Positions 1-8,653 of a DNA stretch of 53,467 nt are shown piece by piece; positions within the stretch are counted from its first letter, which is position 1, and each line of letters starts with the position of its first letter. The position numbers and the translations under genes were made by a program. Under the pieces are notes generated by a model. That model saw only the letters and a program-made list of their open reading frames with translations, made no database searches and was not told the origin of the DNA. Source of the DNA: a virus (taxonomy: Duplodnaviria > Caudoviricetes); the IMG/VR virus record IMGVR_UViG_3300010354_003850, positions 1 through 53,467 of that record; one strand, 5' to 3'.

Positions 1-186
1 GTCAAGGTAATCGCAACGGTTCCTCCGATGCAGGAAAACCCAATAGATAACAAATACGAGTTGTTTCGTTACATTGAGAAGTACATCAAGAACATGAAGG
101 CAAAGGGTGTCATCAAGGGAAAGTATGAGATCGTTCATCCGAATGATCCCAAGTTCCGACAGAGTGCCAAAAGAAAAGTATCCTGA
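1..186 (+). CDS. 3' end of a hypothetical protein (truncated by window)
   Basis: Open frame from base 1 (VKVIATVPPMQENP...KRKVS) to TGA at 184-186. Confidence 0.6.
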   Translation, partial: VKVIATVPPMQENPIDNKYELFRYIEKYIKNMKAKGVIKGKYEIVHPNDPKFRQSAKRKVS

Positions 187-190
187 CCTA

Positions 191-218
191 TTGACTCCTG
201 TCGGGAGTGTGGTATAGT
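191..218 (+). promoter_or_regulatory. sigma70-like early promoter
   Basis: TTGACT-N16-TATAGT with TG upstream of the -10. Confidence 0.65.
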
Positions 219-223
219 CCATT

Positions 224-347
224 CACAAAACCTTGCCAAGGGCTTTCTAGATGGCTGTTGGTCTTGGCAAAAAGGTGCGTTTACTGCCAACCGGTGGCGG
301 GATGCGCCGAGGACGGGTTATGCTAGGTTCCCCGTCCTTTCCTTTTT
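224..347 (+). ncRNA. candidate small structured RNA ending in an intrinsic terminator
   Basis: Three consecutive hairpins after the promoter, the last (GGACGGG/CCCGTCC) followed by a T-rich tract; no + strand ORF. Confidence 0.45.
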
Positions 348-356
348 AATCGTAGG

Positions 357-363
357 CTAAATA
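357..363 (+). promoter_or_regulatory. T4-like late promoter
   Basis: CTAAATA upstream of the 776-aa ORF; same motif recurs before many genes. Confidence 0.65.
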
Positions 364-380
364 CTCCCACTAGGAGCATT

Positions 381-2711
381 GTGCCAATGATTAACGATTT
401 CCAAAGAAGAATTCTCGCTGAAGCCGCCAAGTTCGGTGGCGTGTTCGCCTCTAATTCACAGAAGATTGCAAAAGAATTGAATGAGGCTCCCGCTCTTGGA
501 TCCGACACGGCTACAACCATGTTCGGCTACAGCAAGCCGCAGTTCGAAGCCAAGATTCGACAATTGTTGCAGAAGATGGGATTCGAAAAGGGCATCACAC
601 GAATGATGACGAAGCCAAATGGCAACATGGTTCTTTACTTTGCCAACAAGGCAAAGGCACGGGACTTTGCCATGACCTTCGAAGGAATGACTCGCCGCAT
701 GTCGGGCGGAAGCAACATCGTGCAGTTCACCACCGGTGCAGACATGACACCCGATCAGAAGAAGTTCGCCACAGGAGCAGAGGCAATGGTGGAACTCATG
801 CTCAACAAACTCAAGAAGGAAAGCCTTGACAACGAGTCATACATTTTCATGGCTCTTGAGAATCTTCATGAGGAATATGTGACCGAGGGTGGCGTGAAGG
901 CTGCTCTTGAGGACTTCATGTATTCTCTCCCCAAGGCGGCGATTGCCGAACTCAAACCGCTGATGAAGACCAAGGGCGGCGTTGCACAGCAAGTCATGCG
1001 ACTCGCTTCGATCACGGCGATTCTGAACAAACACGGCGTTGTCAAGAAGTTTATGGGATTCAATACCGCCAATCTTGTCAATGATTACTTTGATACTTTC
1101 CACGGTGAGAGTGTTGAGGAGAATGGCGAGGTCTTAAGTGAGGGATCGGCAATGATTCCATTCAAGAAGATCCTCAAGGGAGTCAACGATATGGAAGGAC
1201 CATTCCTGATCGTTGTCATGCGTAAGGGCGGACCTGGCGCACTTATTCAGAAGAAGGTTCCTGGTCGTGCTGCGCTCCCTGCACACATCAACCATATGCT
1301 ATCAACCGAACTTCAGAAGTATGAGTGGAAGGCTATTGCAATTGAGAATGCAAAGGGCAAGATCGTCAATGTGCTTTATCCAAATGATGTATTGGTCAAG
1401 GCGGGATCAAAGCCCTCTTTCAAGGAAGAGGTTGAACTTGAACTTGATGAAGACAATTGGGGCGGTGGTTTTGAGACTTCCCGTGAGGCTCAGGCAAAGG
1501 TTCAGGCAGGACTCAAGGCAGATGCCAAGAAGCGTCAGGCTTTGATCTTGAGTGCCTTGCAGCAAGTCATCGATGGCAAGATGTCGAAGCCCGCTTTCAA
1601 GAAGTTGACAGGCTCCTCTTTTGGAGACATCATGTCCCTGCCCTTCTATTCGAAGAAGGTCAAGATGAAGAAGGAAGAGGTAGTCGAAGACGGCGAGATC
1701 GAAGAGGCAAAAGAGAAGTACCTCACAGGTCCAGGAAAGAAGGATCCAAAGAGAATCATCGGCATCTACACCATGAAGGGCAAGTGGATCAAGGACATGG
1801 GCAGCGAGAAGGAAGCCGCAAACTTCGTAAATAAGAGTTGGGGCGAGTCGGTCGAAGAGGAGATCGAAGAGGCAACTTCAATCGGCAAGGTATTGAAAGC
1901 CGCAAAAAAGTCTGTCTTGGCAGATAGAGATGGTCGCAATACGCCCAAAGCAAAAGCGGCAATGGCAGCATACAAGACAGCAGCGAAAAATCATTTGAAT
2001 AAGGAAGATGTCGAAGTCTCTGAACAGTTCAAGGCAGGGGATAAGGTAAAGGTTCCCCACAAGGGCAAGATGGTCAGCGGCAAGATCGTCCGATTCGATG
2101 ATGGCGGCACAAGCAAGGCACAGCAACATGGCGGTGGCTATGTGGTTGATGTCGGTGAGCCTGCAAGCATCACCGTTCCGAAGCAGAAGGTGCAGAAGGA
2201 AGAGGTTGAAGTTAGCGAGGCTGTTAACATCGGAACCAATGCATATCAGATTCAGCGGTCGGGATCAAACTGGGAAGTGTGGCGGCTGTCCTACAGTCAG
2301 GGCAGCGTCCGTTTCGCAGACGGACGCAAGGGCACCAAGTTGCGTAGCGACTTCAAGTCATACGAAGATGCCTTGGCATACGCAAAGAAGGACGCAGGGG
2401 TGAAGGAGGAGGTCGAGATTGAAGAAGGCGTTCGCATCATGACAGGCGCAGAGACCATGATCAAGAATGCGGGTGGATCTTCCATGGTTAGCAACTTCCG
2501 TAAGATCAAGTCAGAGTTCGGCAAGAAGCCCGTGGGAAGCGTCATTGTTCTCACCACCGAGAAGGATCCCGAGTCTCATGAAATCAAGGTATATGATCCG
2601 AAAGACTTTCAGAACATGGTGAAGGGTCTCGCCAAGAAGGTTGAACCAAAGGTTGGTTCAAAGGGAAGTTGGTCGGACGGTGAAGTGACCGTCATCGGCA
2701 TCAAGGAATAA
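381..2711 (+). CDS. large modular Lys/Glu-rich protein, probable internal head polyprotein
   Basis: 776 aa; late promoter; basic modules separated by repeated (K)EEVE(V/I)(S/E)E linkers; one SH3/KOW-like module (FKAGDKVKV...). Confidence 0.6.
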   Translation: MPMINDFQRRILAEAAKFGGVFASNSQKIAKELNEAPALGSDTATTMFGYSKPQFEAKIRQLLQKMGFEKGITRMMTKPNGNMVLYFANKAKARDFAMTFEGMTRRMSGGSNIVQFTTGADMTPDQKKFATGAEAMVELMLNKLKKESLDNESYIFMALENLHEEYVTEGGVKAALEDFMYSLPKAAIAELKPLMKTKGGVAQQVMRLASITAILNKHGVVKKFMGFNTANLVNDYFDTFHGESVEENGEVLSEGSAMIPFKKILKGVNDMEGPFLIVVMRKGGPGALIQKKVPGRAALPAHINHMLSTELQKYEWKAIAIENAKGKIVNVLYPNDVLVKAGSKPSFKEEVELELDEDNWGGGFETSREAQAKVQAGLKADAKKRQALILSALQQVIDGKMSKPAFKKLTGSSFGDIMSLPFYSKKVKMKKEEVVEDGEIEEAKEKYLTGPGKKDPKRIIGIYTMKGKWIKDMGSEKEAANFVNKSWGESVEEEIEEATSIGKVLKAAKKSVLADRDGRNTPKAKAAMAAYKTAAKNHLNKEDVEVSEQFKAGDKVKVPHKGKMVSGKIVRFDDGGTSKAQQHGGGYVVDVGEPASITVPKQKVQKEEVEVSEAVNIGTNAYQIQRSGSNWEVWRLSYSQGSVRFADGRKGTKLRSDFKSYEDALAYAKKDAGVKEEVEIEEGVRIMTGAETMIKNAGGSSMVSNFRKIKSEFGKKPVGSVIVLTTEKDPESHEIKVYDPKDFQNMVKGLAKKVEPKVGSKGSWSDGEVTVIGIKE

Positions 2712-2742
2712 ACAACTTAAAAGAAAGCGGTCAAGTCCGAAA

Positions 2743-2785
2743 AAAAGATAAGCCCCTGCCATGCTCTGGTGGGGGTTTGTCTTTT
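2743..2785 (+). terminator. intrinsic terminator, possibly bidirectional
   Basis: AAAAGATAAGCCCCTGCCA / TGGTGGGGGTTTGTCTTTT stem-loop. Confidence 0.6.
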
Positions 2786-2893
2786 AACTTGTTTGGAGTT
2801 GGGTAATAAAGCGTTCGGTGGCTGCAATTCAGGGTATACATATCCGCACCCTCCGATGAAGAGGGGTGTCTAAAAATAGGAGAAAAGACAGTA

Positions 2894-3649
2894 ATGAATC
2901 GCAACACTTTTATCGCAACAGGAGTCGCCGCAGTCCTTTCGACCGCTGCACTCGCACAGAACGCCGCTCCCGCTCCCGCCCCTGCGTGGGATCTCAAGTG
3001 GTCGTTCAATGAGACAGCAGAGATCCACACCTTCAAGGGTGCTGGCTCCACCCTCGTTGGGCTGAATCAGAATCTGTCGGTTGACATCAACAACAAGTTC
3101 CACATCGACTTGGATGTTCCTGTGTACACGCAGGATGACAACACCACGGTGAGCAACATCAACCTTGGTGGTATGTGGGACGCATTTGGAGGAAAGAATG
3201 ATACACTCGGTCAATGGAACTTCGCTATTGGTGGTGGTGTGTATCTACCTGTGGGTTCGGAGTACTTCCGCAATGCGAATGTTGACCCGTACCTCAACGC
3301 TGCTTTCAACTGTGATCTCTGGATTTTCGACTTCACGCAGACAGCGGGTTACCGCTTCAACGGTGGCGAGTCCTACATCACTTGGCTCGGCGCAAAGACC
3401 AACTCGGATGTCCTCAACTTTGAGACAGACCTTGCCTATGCATGGAACTCGCTCAAGTTCGGTCTTGCTTTCGACCAACTGTACTATGTGAATTCTGGCG
3501 AAGCCCAACTCTTCCTTGGCCCCACGGTCAATTGGAATGTGGCTTCGAATGTCGATCTGAACATGGGGGTTGCAATCCCCGTTTATCAGGATGTTGTGAC
3601 CCCGGAGGCGAACGCAATCGTCACCGCCGGTCTAGGCATCAAGTTCTAA
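2894..3649 (+). CDS. outer-membrane beta-barrel protein with Sec signal peptide
   Basis: Signal peptide ending ALA-Q, Pro/Ala linker, alternating aromatic/hydrophobic strands, C-terminal GLGIKF beta-signal; AGGAG RBS. Confidence 0.7.
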   Translation: MNRNTFIATGVAAVLSTAALAQNAAPAPAPAWDLKWSFNETAEIHTFKGAGSTLVGLNQNLSVDINNKFHIDLDVPVYTQDDNTTVSNINLGGMWDAFGGKNDTLGQWNFAIGGGVYLPVGSEYFRNANVDPYLNAAFNCDLWIFDFTQTAGYRFNGGESYITWLGAKTNSDVLNFETDLAYAWNSLKFGLAFDQLYYVNSGEAQLFLGPTVNWNVASNVDLNMGVAIPVYQDVVTPEANAIVTAGLGIKF

Positions 3650-3682
3650 TAGTTGCTTTACACATCTAACAAAGGAGAAAAA

Positions 3683-3838
3683 ATGAGCAACAATAAGTGC
3701 CCCGTTACTGGCTGTGGTTTCTGCTGGAAGAACCCGACCCATGTGGTCCTCTTCCTCGCCGTCCTCCCGTTCGCCCTCAAGGGTGTACAGGTTGCATGGG
3801 AAACCGTTTCCACGGCAGTCAACACGCTGACCAAGTGA
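3683..3838 (+). CDS. small membrane protein with N-terminal Cys cluster
   Basis: AAGGAG RBS, ATG 3683; CPVTGCGFC then a hydrophobic helix. Confidence 0.65.
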   Translation: MSNNKCPVTGCGFCWKNPTHVVLFLAVLPFALKGVQVAWETVSTAVNTLTK

Positions 3839-3861
3839 CTTGATGTCATAAAGGTAGAATT

Positions 3862-3889
3862 GGGGGGAGTCTTCGGACTCCCCCCTTTT
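3862..3889 (+). terminator. intrinsic terminator with C(UUCG)G tetraloop
   Basis: GGGGGGAGTC-TTCG-GACTCCCCCC-TTTT. Confidence 0.9.
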
Positions 3890-3897
3890 CATTTGGG

Positions 3898-3904
3898 CTA
3901 AATA
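3898..3904 (+). promoter_or_regulatory. T4-like late promoter
   Basis: CTAAATA, 5 nt before GTG 3910. Confidence 0.65.
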
Positions 3905-3909
3905 CCTTT

Positions 3910-4209
3910 GTGAAGAGTTTCCGCCAATATCTTAAAGAAACAAACAATACCGGCAACATGCTTTACTTCTCTGCTTTCGGTGCGGGATTTGCAGTTGACA
4001 CGGTTGATGCTGATTTCGATGTTGACGAGTATGACAGCGACCCCGAGGATCGAAAGAAAATGAAACCTTGGGAAGTCAGGAACGCACTTGCCGCAAATGA
4101 AAGACGGGAAATGGTGCTTCGTTGGCTCAAGTCCGCTGGTGCGGGAGAAAAGTCCGTCACAGACAAAAGCATCCCAAAAACACCTGATTGGCAATCGGAG
4201 GAAAGATGA
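3910..4209 (+). CDS. hypothetical protein with capsid-targeting-like N-terminus
   Basis: Begins MKSFRQYLKE. Confidence 0.6.
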   Translation: MKSFRQYLKETNNTGNMLYFSAFGAGFAVDTVDADFDVDEYDSDPEDRKKMKPWEVRNALAANERREMVLRWLKSAGAGEKSVTDKSIPKTPDWQSEER

Positions 4210-5117
4210 AAGCATTTGGCAAGTATCTCACGGAGCGTCATGATGGTGATGGTGACTGTATGCAAGCCGCCGTCAATTTCATGATGCGGGCATACACCCA
4301 ATTTTTTGGAAAGCCTGTCAAGACTGCCACGGGAAAGCCTGTGCTTGTTCAGGCATTGGTATATGGGCAAGGCGCAGTCAAAGGATTGCGGTTTCCACAC
4401 GCATGGGTAGAGGATGGGGATACTGTCATCGATCAATCAAACGGCAGGGATATCAGAATGGACAAAAAGGTTTACTATGCTTTGGGTGGAGTGAAGCCCA
4501 AGGAGCGAGGAGCCTATTACAAGTATGATTTCCCTGCAATGAAAAGGAAACTCATATCCACGGGTCACTATGGTCCATGGGAATTAGACGAGTCCCTAGA
4601 AGAGTCGATAGGAATCGGAGACAAGAGAAAAATTGGAAAGAGAAAGAAGCGAGTGAGTGCCGCTCTCCTTTCCGCACTTGGAGAGTCTTTAGGTGAGGGT
4701 ATAGTCACCGACAGACCAACCACGGGATATGCGGGATATCGAATGCAGGAACCGATGTCCAAGGTATCGTGGAACGACCTGAAGAGGCTTGAAAGTGTCC
4801 TTGATGCCATGTTCGCATCCGCAAAGTTGGACATCGCATTCACCCGTCACTTTTGGGAGCGCATCAACGGAAGTCGTGGCTACGGCGGCACAGTCACCTT
4901 GCCCGAGTTACAGGATGCATTCCGAAAGACATACGCAAAGTATGCACAGAAGATCAAGGATCACCCCGCCGACTGGAAGGCGATTATCCTTGATGTCAGT
5001 AAGAACCTGAACATGCCGTTCACCCTTGATTGGGACGGAAAGAAGAAGAGCATGATCATGGTCACAGCAATGAAGAAGCCAAATTTCATGAGTCCTGATC
5101 CCAAGTTGCCGGTATGA
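4206..5117 (+). CDS. two-domain protein: transglutaminase/papain-like (C-H-D/E) plus RelE/BECR-like domain; capsid-targeting-like N-terminus
   Basis: Start at ATGA overlap, MKAFGKYLTE; GDCMQAA...PHAWVE...VID; later FTRHFWERIN. Confidence 0.5.
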   Translation: MKAFGKYLTERHDGDGDCMQAAVNFMMRAYTQFFGKPVKTATGKPVLVQALVYGQGAVKGLRFPHAWVEDGDTVIDQSNGRDIRMDKKVYYALGGVKPKERGAYYKYDFPAMKRKLISTGHYGPWELDESLEESIGIGDKRKIGKRKKRVSAALLSALGESLGEGIVTDRPTTGYAGYRMQEPMSKVSWNDLKRLESVLDAMFASAKLDIAFTRHFWERINGSRGYGGTVTLPELQDAFRKTYAKYAQKIKDHPADWKAIILDVSKNLNMPFTLDWDGKKKSMIMVTAMKKPNFMSPDPKLPV

Positions 5118-5296
5118 AAGAAGACATCATCCAACGAGGAAAAGATTGGTTTCAGTTCCGCAAAGGAATGGACGATTTCGTTCTTCAGCAGAAATCCCTG
5201 AAGAAGGGAAAGGAAACCAAAACACGGGCGATTCCAAATAATACACAGATTGCCCCCCACTCCGTGAGAAACATTGGGGTGACCACAAGACCATAA
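5114..5296 (+). CDS. small basic hypothetical protein
   Basis: 60-aa ORF coupled by ATGA overlap. Confidence 0.5.
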   Translation: MKEDIIQRGKDWFQFRKGMDDFVLQQKSLKKGKETKTRAIPNNTQIAPHSVRNIGVTTRP

Positions 5297-5308
5297 ATAG
5301 GAAATGAC

Positions 5309-6385
5309 ATGAAGACTTTCCAAGAACTACGAGACACACACCAGATCGAATTCTACAAGCCCCTCGCAGAAGAGATTCAGCGATACCTTGAGGAAAAACT
5401 CCTCATCGTTGGAAAGGGTCAGAACACAGGACAGGCAGTCATCCTCGCCGGTGGTGCCGGGTCAGGAAAGTCATTTGCCGTGAACCAAATGATTGGTGGT
5501 CAATACAAGATATTCAATCCCGATGACATCAAGGATTCGCTCATCAAGATGCGTGACAACATCGCCAAAGGAAAGAGCGACTTCCCAAGATCATCGAACT
5601 TACTTGATCTCATGGACAAGATCAAGAACTTAGACCTTCGCAATCCAACTGATACCGGTCTTCTTCACATGGCAGTCAAGGGATTGAGCCTTGATCAAAG
5701 AAAGATGCAAGCATTCTTTATGACGGACAAGACAAAGAGCATTCTGCCGAATGTCTTGTTTGATGCCACGCTGAAGGACATCAGCCAACTTCTAGGAGAT
5801 GGGGAAGGGTTCGGCATTCTCGATTTCCTGCGCCATGCAGGATACAAGCCGGAGAACATTCACATCATATGGATTCTCACCGACTATAGAATTGCCATGC
5901 GACAGAACCTCACCCGTGAGCGTGTGGTTCCTGCGGACATTCTGTTCAAGACGCACAGCGGCGCATCGAAGACCATGCAAGACATCATGTTCCGTGATTA
6001 TCGCAGACTTGGCGTGAACGGCGACATCTCCGTTATCATCGGCGGCAAGAGTACGATTACATATGCGAAGGGCACGACAATCGAACGGGATGGAGTCAAC
6101 TACACGGTCACTCAAGACATGACCGGACCTGTGGTGAAGGACTTCAAGTACTTCCGTGTGAAGAAGGCAGGGGATTCGCAAATCAATCCTGCTGCGCTCA
6201 CAGCCATCAAGGACTTCATCGATCAATTTGCCCCCAAGCCGAATGCAACGCCCGATAAGGAACTAAAGAGAGTAATCAATGCAATTGGCAAGAAGAAGAC
6301 GGGCAAGAAGATTCACCCAACCACGGCAAAGGCACTTGACATACCGCTAGACAGTCCTGCCGTTGACAGAAGGACAACGCCGTAA
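5309..6385 (+). CDS. P-loop kinase (zeta-toxin/AAA_33-like); capsid-targeting-like N-terminus
   Basis: ILAGGAGSGKS Walker A, NPDDIK, VLFDAT, lid QNLTRERVVP; starts MKTFQELRD; ATAAATA at 5293-5299. Confidence 0.7.
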   Translation: MKTFQELRDTHQIEFYKPLAEEIQRYLEEKLLIVGKGQNTGQAVILAGGAGSGKSFAVNQMIGGQYKIFNPDDIKDSLIKMRDNIAKGKSDFPRSSNLLDLMDKIKNLDLRNPTDTGLLHMAVKGLSLDQRKMQAFFMTDKTKSILPNVLFDATLKDISQLLGDGEGFGILDFLRHAGYKPENIHIIWILTDYRIAMRQNLTRERVVPADILFKTHSGASKTMQDIMFRDYRRLGVNGDISVIIGGKSTITYAKGTTIERDGVNYTVTQDMTGPVVKDFKYFRVKKAGDSQINPAALTAIKDFIDQFAPKPNATPDKELKRVINAIGKKKTGKKIHPTTAKALDIPLDSPAVDRRTTP

Positions 6386-6402
6386 TTCAGACAGATTGCT
6401 TC

Positions 6403-6431
6403 TTGACACATCGTAAGAAATGGGGTAGGAT
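6403..6431 (+). promoter_or_regulatory. sigma70-like promoter, leaderless
   Basis: TTGACA-N17-TAGGAT, ATG 7 nt downstream. Confidence 0.65.
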
Positions 6432-6438
6432 AACCAAA

Positions 6439-6939
6439 ATGCTAAAGCCACGCCTAGTTAAGTCGCTGATTCAACAGAATGCAAACCTACTGCGGCAGCG
6501 TCAATACTTCATGGACTACCTCCGTGCATTGGAGTTGACTCTTCATGCGATACAGTCAACCGCAAAAGATACAGGAGCAGTCAATCTGAAGGACATCCAT
6601 GAAATCCGAGCGCAGATGCGGAACATGCTTGCCGTCAACGACATTGCACAGTTCAATCAGACAGGTCATATGCTGCCGCCTACCAAGGAGCAGTTGGGTG
6701 CATGGGTAAGCATCGACCAAGGAATCTTCAATGATTCGACCGACAAGAAGACGATCATCATGAAGGACGAAAAGGAACTGAAAGAGTTCCTGAATGATTT
6801 CTTCAACGGCATCATCGATCATGCAAAGAAGAAAAAGGAGAATCCCGAAATTGATCCCATGAATTTCGGCGGTGACCTTGAGGGTGAGTGGCAAGATTTT
6901 CCGCCAGACAACCCCTTTGATGACGGCGAGAACAAGTAA
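6439..6939 (+). CDS. hypothetical protein
   Basis: ORF; start moved to ATG 6439 because the ORF-track TTG lies in the -35 box. Confidence 0.6.
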   Translation: MLKPRLVKSLIQQNANLLRQRQYFMDYLRALELTLHAIQSTAKDTGAVNLKDIHEIRAQMRNMLAVNDIAQFNQTGHMLPPTKEQLGAWVSIDQGIFNDSTDKKTIIMKDEKELKEFLNDFFNGIIDHAKKKKENPEIDPMNFGGDLEGEWQDFPPDNPFDDGENK

Positions 6940-7526
6940 TGGACTATTACAACACACACGAACTGAATGAGGCTACGCTCGTTCGCTTGTATCGTCATAC
7001 AACGGACAGGAACATCGGTATCATTTCTGCGTTCCGTGGTCGTTACACCAAGCAGGAGAACATGAAGCGCAGCAGCGATTTGGAATCATTGATTCGTGCT
7101 GCGGGGTTTGGGTTCTATCGCTTGGAGGGGCATTACATCGAAGGCTACGGTTCGGAGCAGTCGAAGGATGTCAAAGAGCGTTCCTATCTCATCATCGGAA
7201 ACAAGGGCGATGACAGCGGCAACCTGAAGGGGTTCCTCCGCAAGATGGGCGGCAAGTTCAATCAGGACTCCGTTCTCTACAAGCCATTCGACTCAAAGGC
7301 GGCAGTACTCATCGGCACACAGGCGCAGGATGAAGACGGCAATGCTGTTGAGTTCCCCGGCATGGGCAAGGAATTCTCCGTTGGGGAGTTCAAGCCAATG
7401 AAGGTGAATCAGTTCTATTCCAAGATGAAGGGAAAGCCATTTGTTTTTGAATCTTATGGTATTCAAAAGACTTGGTTTGAAGCCTTTGCTGATTACATTC
7501 GTTCAAAGCAGTCCGAAGCCACTTGA
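6939..7526 (+). CDS. conserved phage hypothetical protein (DUF3293-like)
   Basis: GIISAFR...EN...L...G.Y.E...E.S...F.QDSVL pattern. Confidence 0.55.
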   Translation: MDYYNTHELNEATLVRLYRHTTDRNIGIISAFRGRYTKQENMKRSSDLESLIRAAGFGFYRLEGHYIEGYGSEQSKDVKERSYLIIGNKGDDSGNLKGFLRKMGGKFNQDSVLYKPFDSKAAVLIGTQAQDEDGNAVEFPGMGKEFSVGEFKPMKVNQFYSKMKGKPFVFESYGIQKTWFEAFADYIRSKQSEAT

Positions 7527-7551
7527 CTCCCCGAAAGGGTTGTGATATGAT
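7523..7551 (+). promoter_or_regulatory. sigma70-like promoter, leaderless
   Basis: TTGACT-N17-TATGAT, ATG 7559 7 nt downstream. Confidence 0.7.
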
Positions 7552-7558
7552 TCACATC

Positions 7559-7849
7559 ATGGCAAAGATCATCGACAATCTAACCGAACAGCAGGATGCG
7601 CTCCGCAGCGAGATCATCGCTGCACTTCATGAGTCCGTTTGCAGCGTGACCTTCATCAAGTCAGACGGCACGGAGCGAGTCATGCAATGCACCCTTCTTC
7701 CCGAGAGGCTTCCGATTCGGGATGATGCCAACACAGGCAAGCCCAAGCCGAAGCGCACTCCGATGAATGTCGTTGTGTGGGACATCGAAAAGAGTGACTG
7801 GCGGTCATTTAACATTAAGAATGTAATCCGCTGGAAACGAGAGCGTTGA
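7559..7849 (+). CDS. WYL_2 (Sm/SH3-like) T4-type protein
   Basis: VTFIKSDGTERVMQCTL...VWDIEKSDWRSF. Confidence 0.75.
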   Translation: MAKIIDNLTEQQDALRSEIIAALHESVCSVTFIKSDGTERVMQCTLLPERLPIRDDANTGKPKPKRTPMNVVVWDIEKSDWRSFNIKNVIRWKRER

Positions 7850-7856
7850 ATCTCTT

Positions 7857-7930
7857 GTTCCCGTAACTCAGTTGGATAGAGTAGTTGCCTTCTAAGCAAC
7901 AAGTCGCTGGTTCGAATCCAGCCGGGAACG
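7857..7930 (+). tRNA. tRNA-Arg(TCT)
   Basis: Cloverleaf; anticodon arm GTTGC-CTTCTAA-GCAAC; TTCGAAT. Confidence 0.92.
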
Positions 7931-7935
7931 CTAAC

Positions 7936-8008
7936 GCTCTCGTAACTCAGTTGGTAGAGTAGCGGTCTTTTAAACCGCAAGTCATGGGTTCGAACCCCAT
8001 CGGGAGCA
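7936..8008 (+). tRNA. tRNA-Lys(TTT)
   Basis: Cloverleaf; GCGGT-CTTTTAA-ACCGC. Confidence 0.92.
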
Positions 8009-8029
8009 TTCGGCTAAATACCTGTGACC

Positions 8030-8557
8030 ATGAAATCCTTTATGCACCACATCACAGAGGCACCCAAAGGCGAAATCTACTGCGACATGGACGGTGTTCT
8101 GGTTGACATCATCGGCGGTCTTTCGAAACTTTACGGGATCAAGGATTTGAGCAATCGTAACTTTGATTCCTACATCGATCCGCTCAAGCCACAGATCGAC
8201 AAGGAGCATCCGAATCTATTTGCCGAACTTCCTTGGATGAAGGACGGCAAGCAGTTGTGGAACTACATCTCCAAGTACGAGCCGAACATTCTTTCCGCAC
8301 ACACCAACACATGGCAACCTAACTCAAAGGCTGACAAGAGAAAGTGGATTGAAAAGAATCTTCGTCCGCTTCCCAATCTCAGTCACATTCTTTTGCAGCG
8401 TCACAAAAAGAAGTACGCCACGAAGAATGGTGTGCCGAACATTCTTATCGATGATTGGAGCAAGAACATCGATGAGTGGAAGGCAGCGGGGGGAATCGGA
8501 ATCAAGCACAAGAGCGCAGCGGAGACAATTGCAGCATTGAAGAAACTTGGTTATTGA
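8030..8557 (+). CDS. 5'(3')-deoxyribonucleotidase, HAD/NT5C family; capsid-targeting-like N-terminus
   Basis: YCDMDGVLVD and LIDDWSKN motifs; MKSFMHHITE; CTAAATA at 8014-8020. Confidence 0.8.
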   Translation: MKSFMHHITEAPKGEIYCDMDGVLVDIIGGLSKLYGIKDLSNRNFDSYIDPLKPQIDKEHPNLFAELPWMKDGKQLWNYISKYEPNILSAHTNTWQPNSKADKRKWIEKNLRPLPNLSHILLQRHKKKYATKNGVPNILIDDWSKNIDEWKAAGGIGIKHKSAAETIAALKKLGY

Positions 8558-8561
8558 ATAT

Positions 8562-8634
8562 GGCGGGGTAGACCAACGGCAGAGTCAGTTGACTCAAAAT
8601 CAACAAAGTGTGGGTTCGAATCCCACTCCCGCTA
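8562..8634 (+). tRNA. tRNA-Leu(CAA) with short variable loop
   Basis: GTTGA-CTCAAAA-TCAAC; 5-nt variable region AAAGT; A73. Confidence 0.8.
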
Positions 8635-8653
8635 CTAGTGAAAGGAGTTTGTT

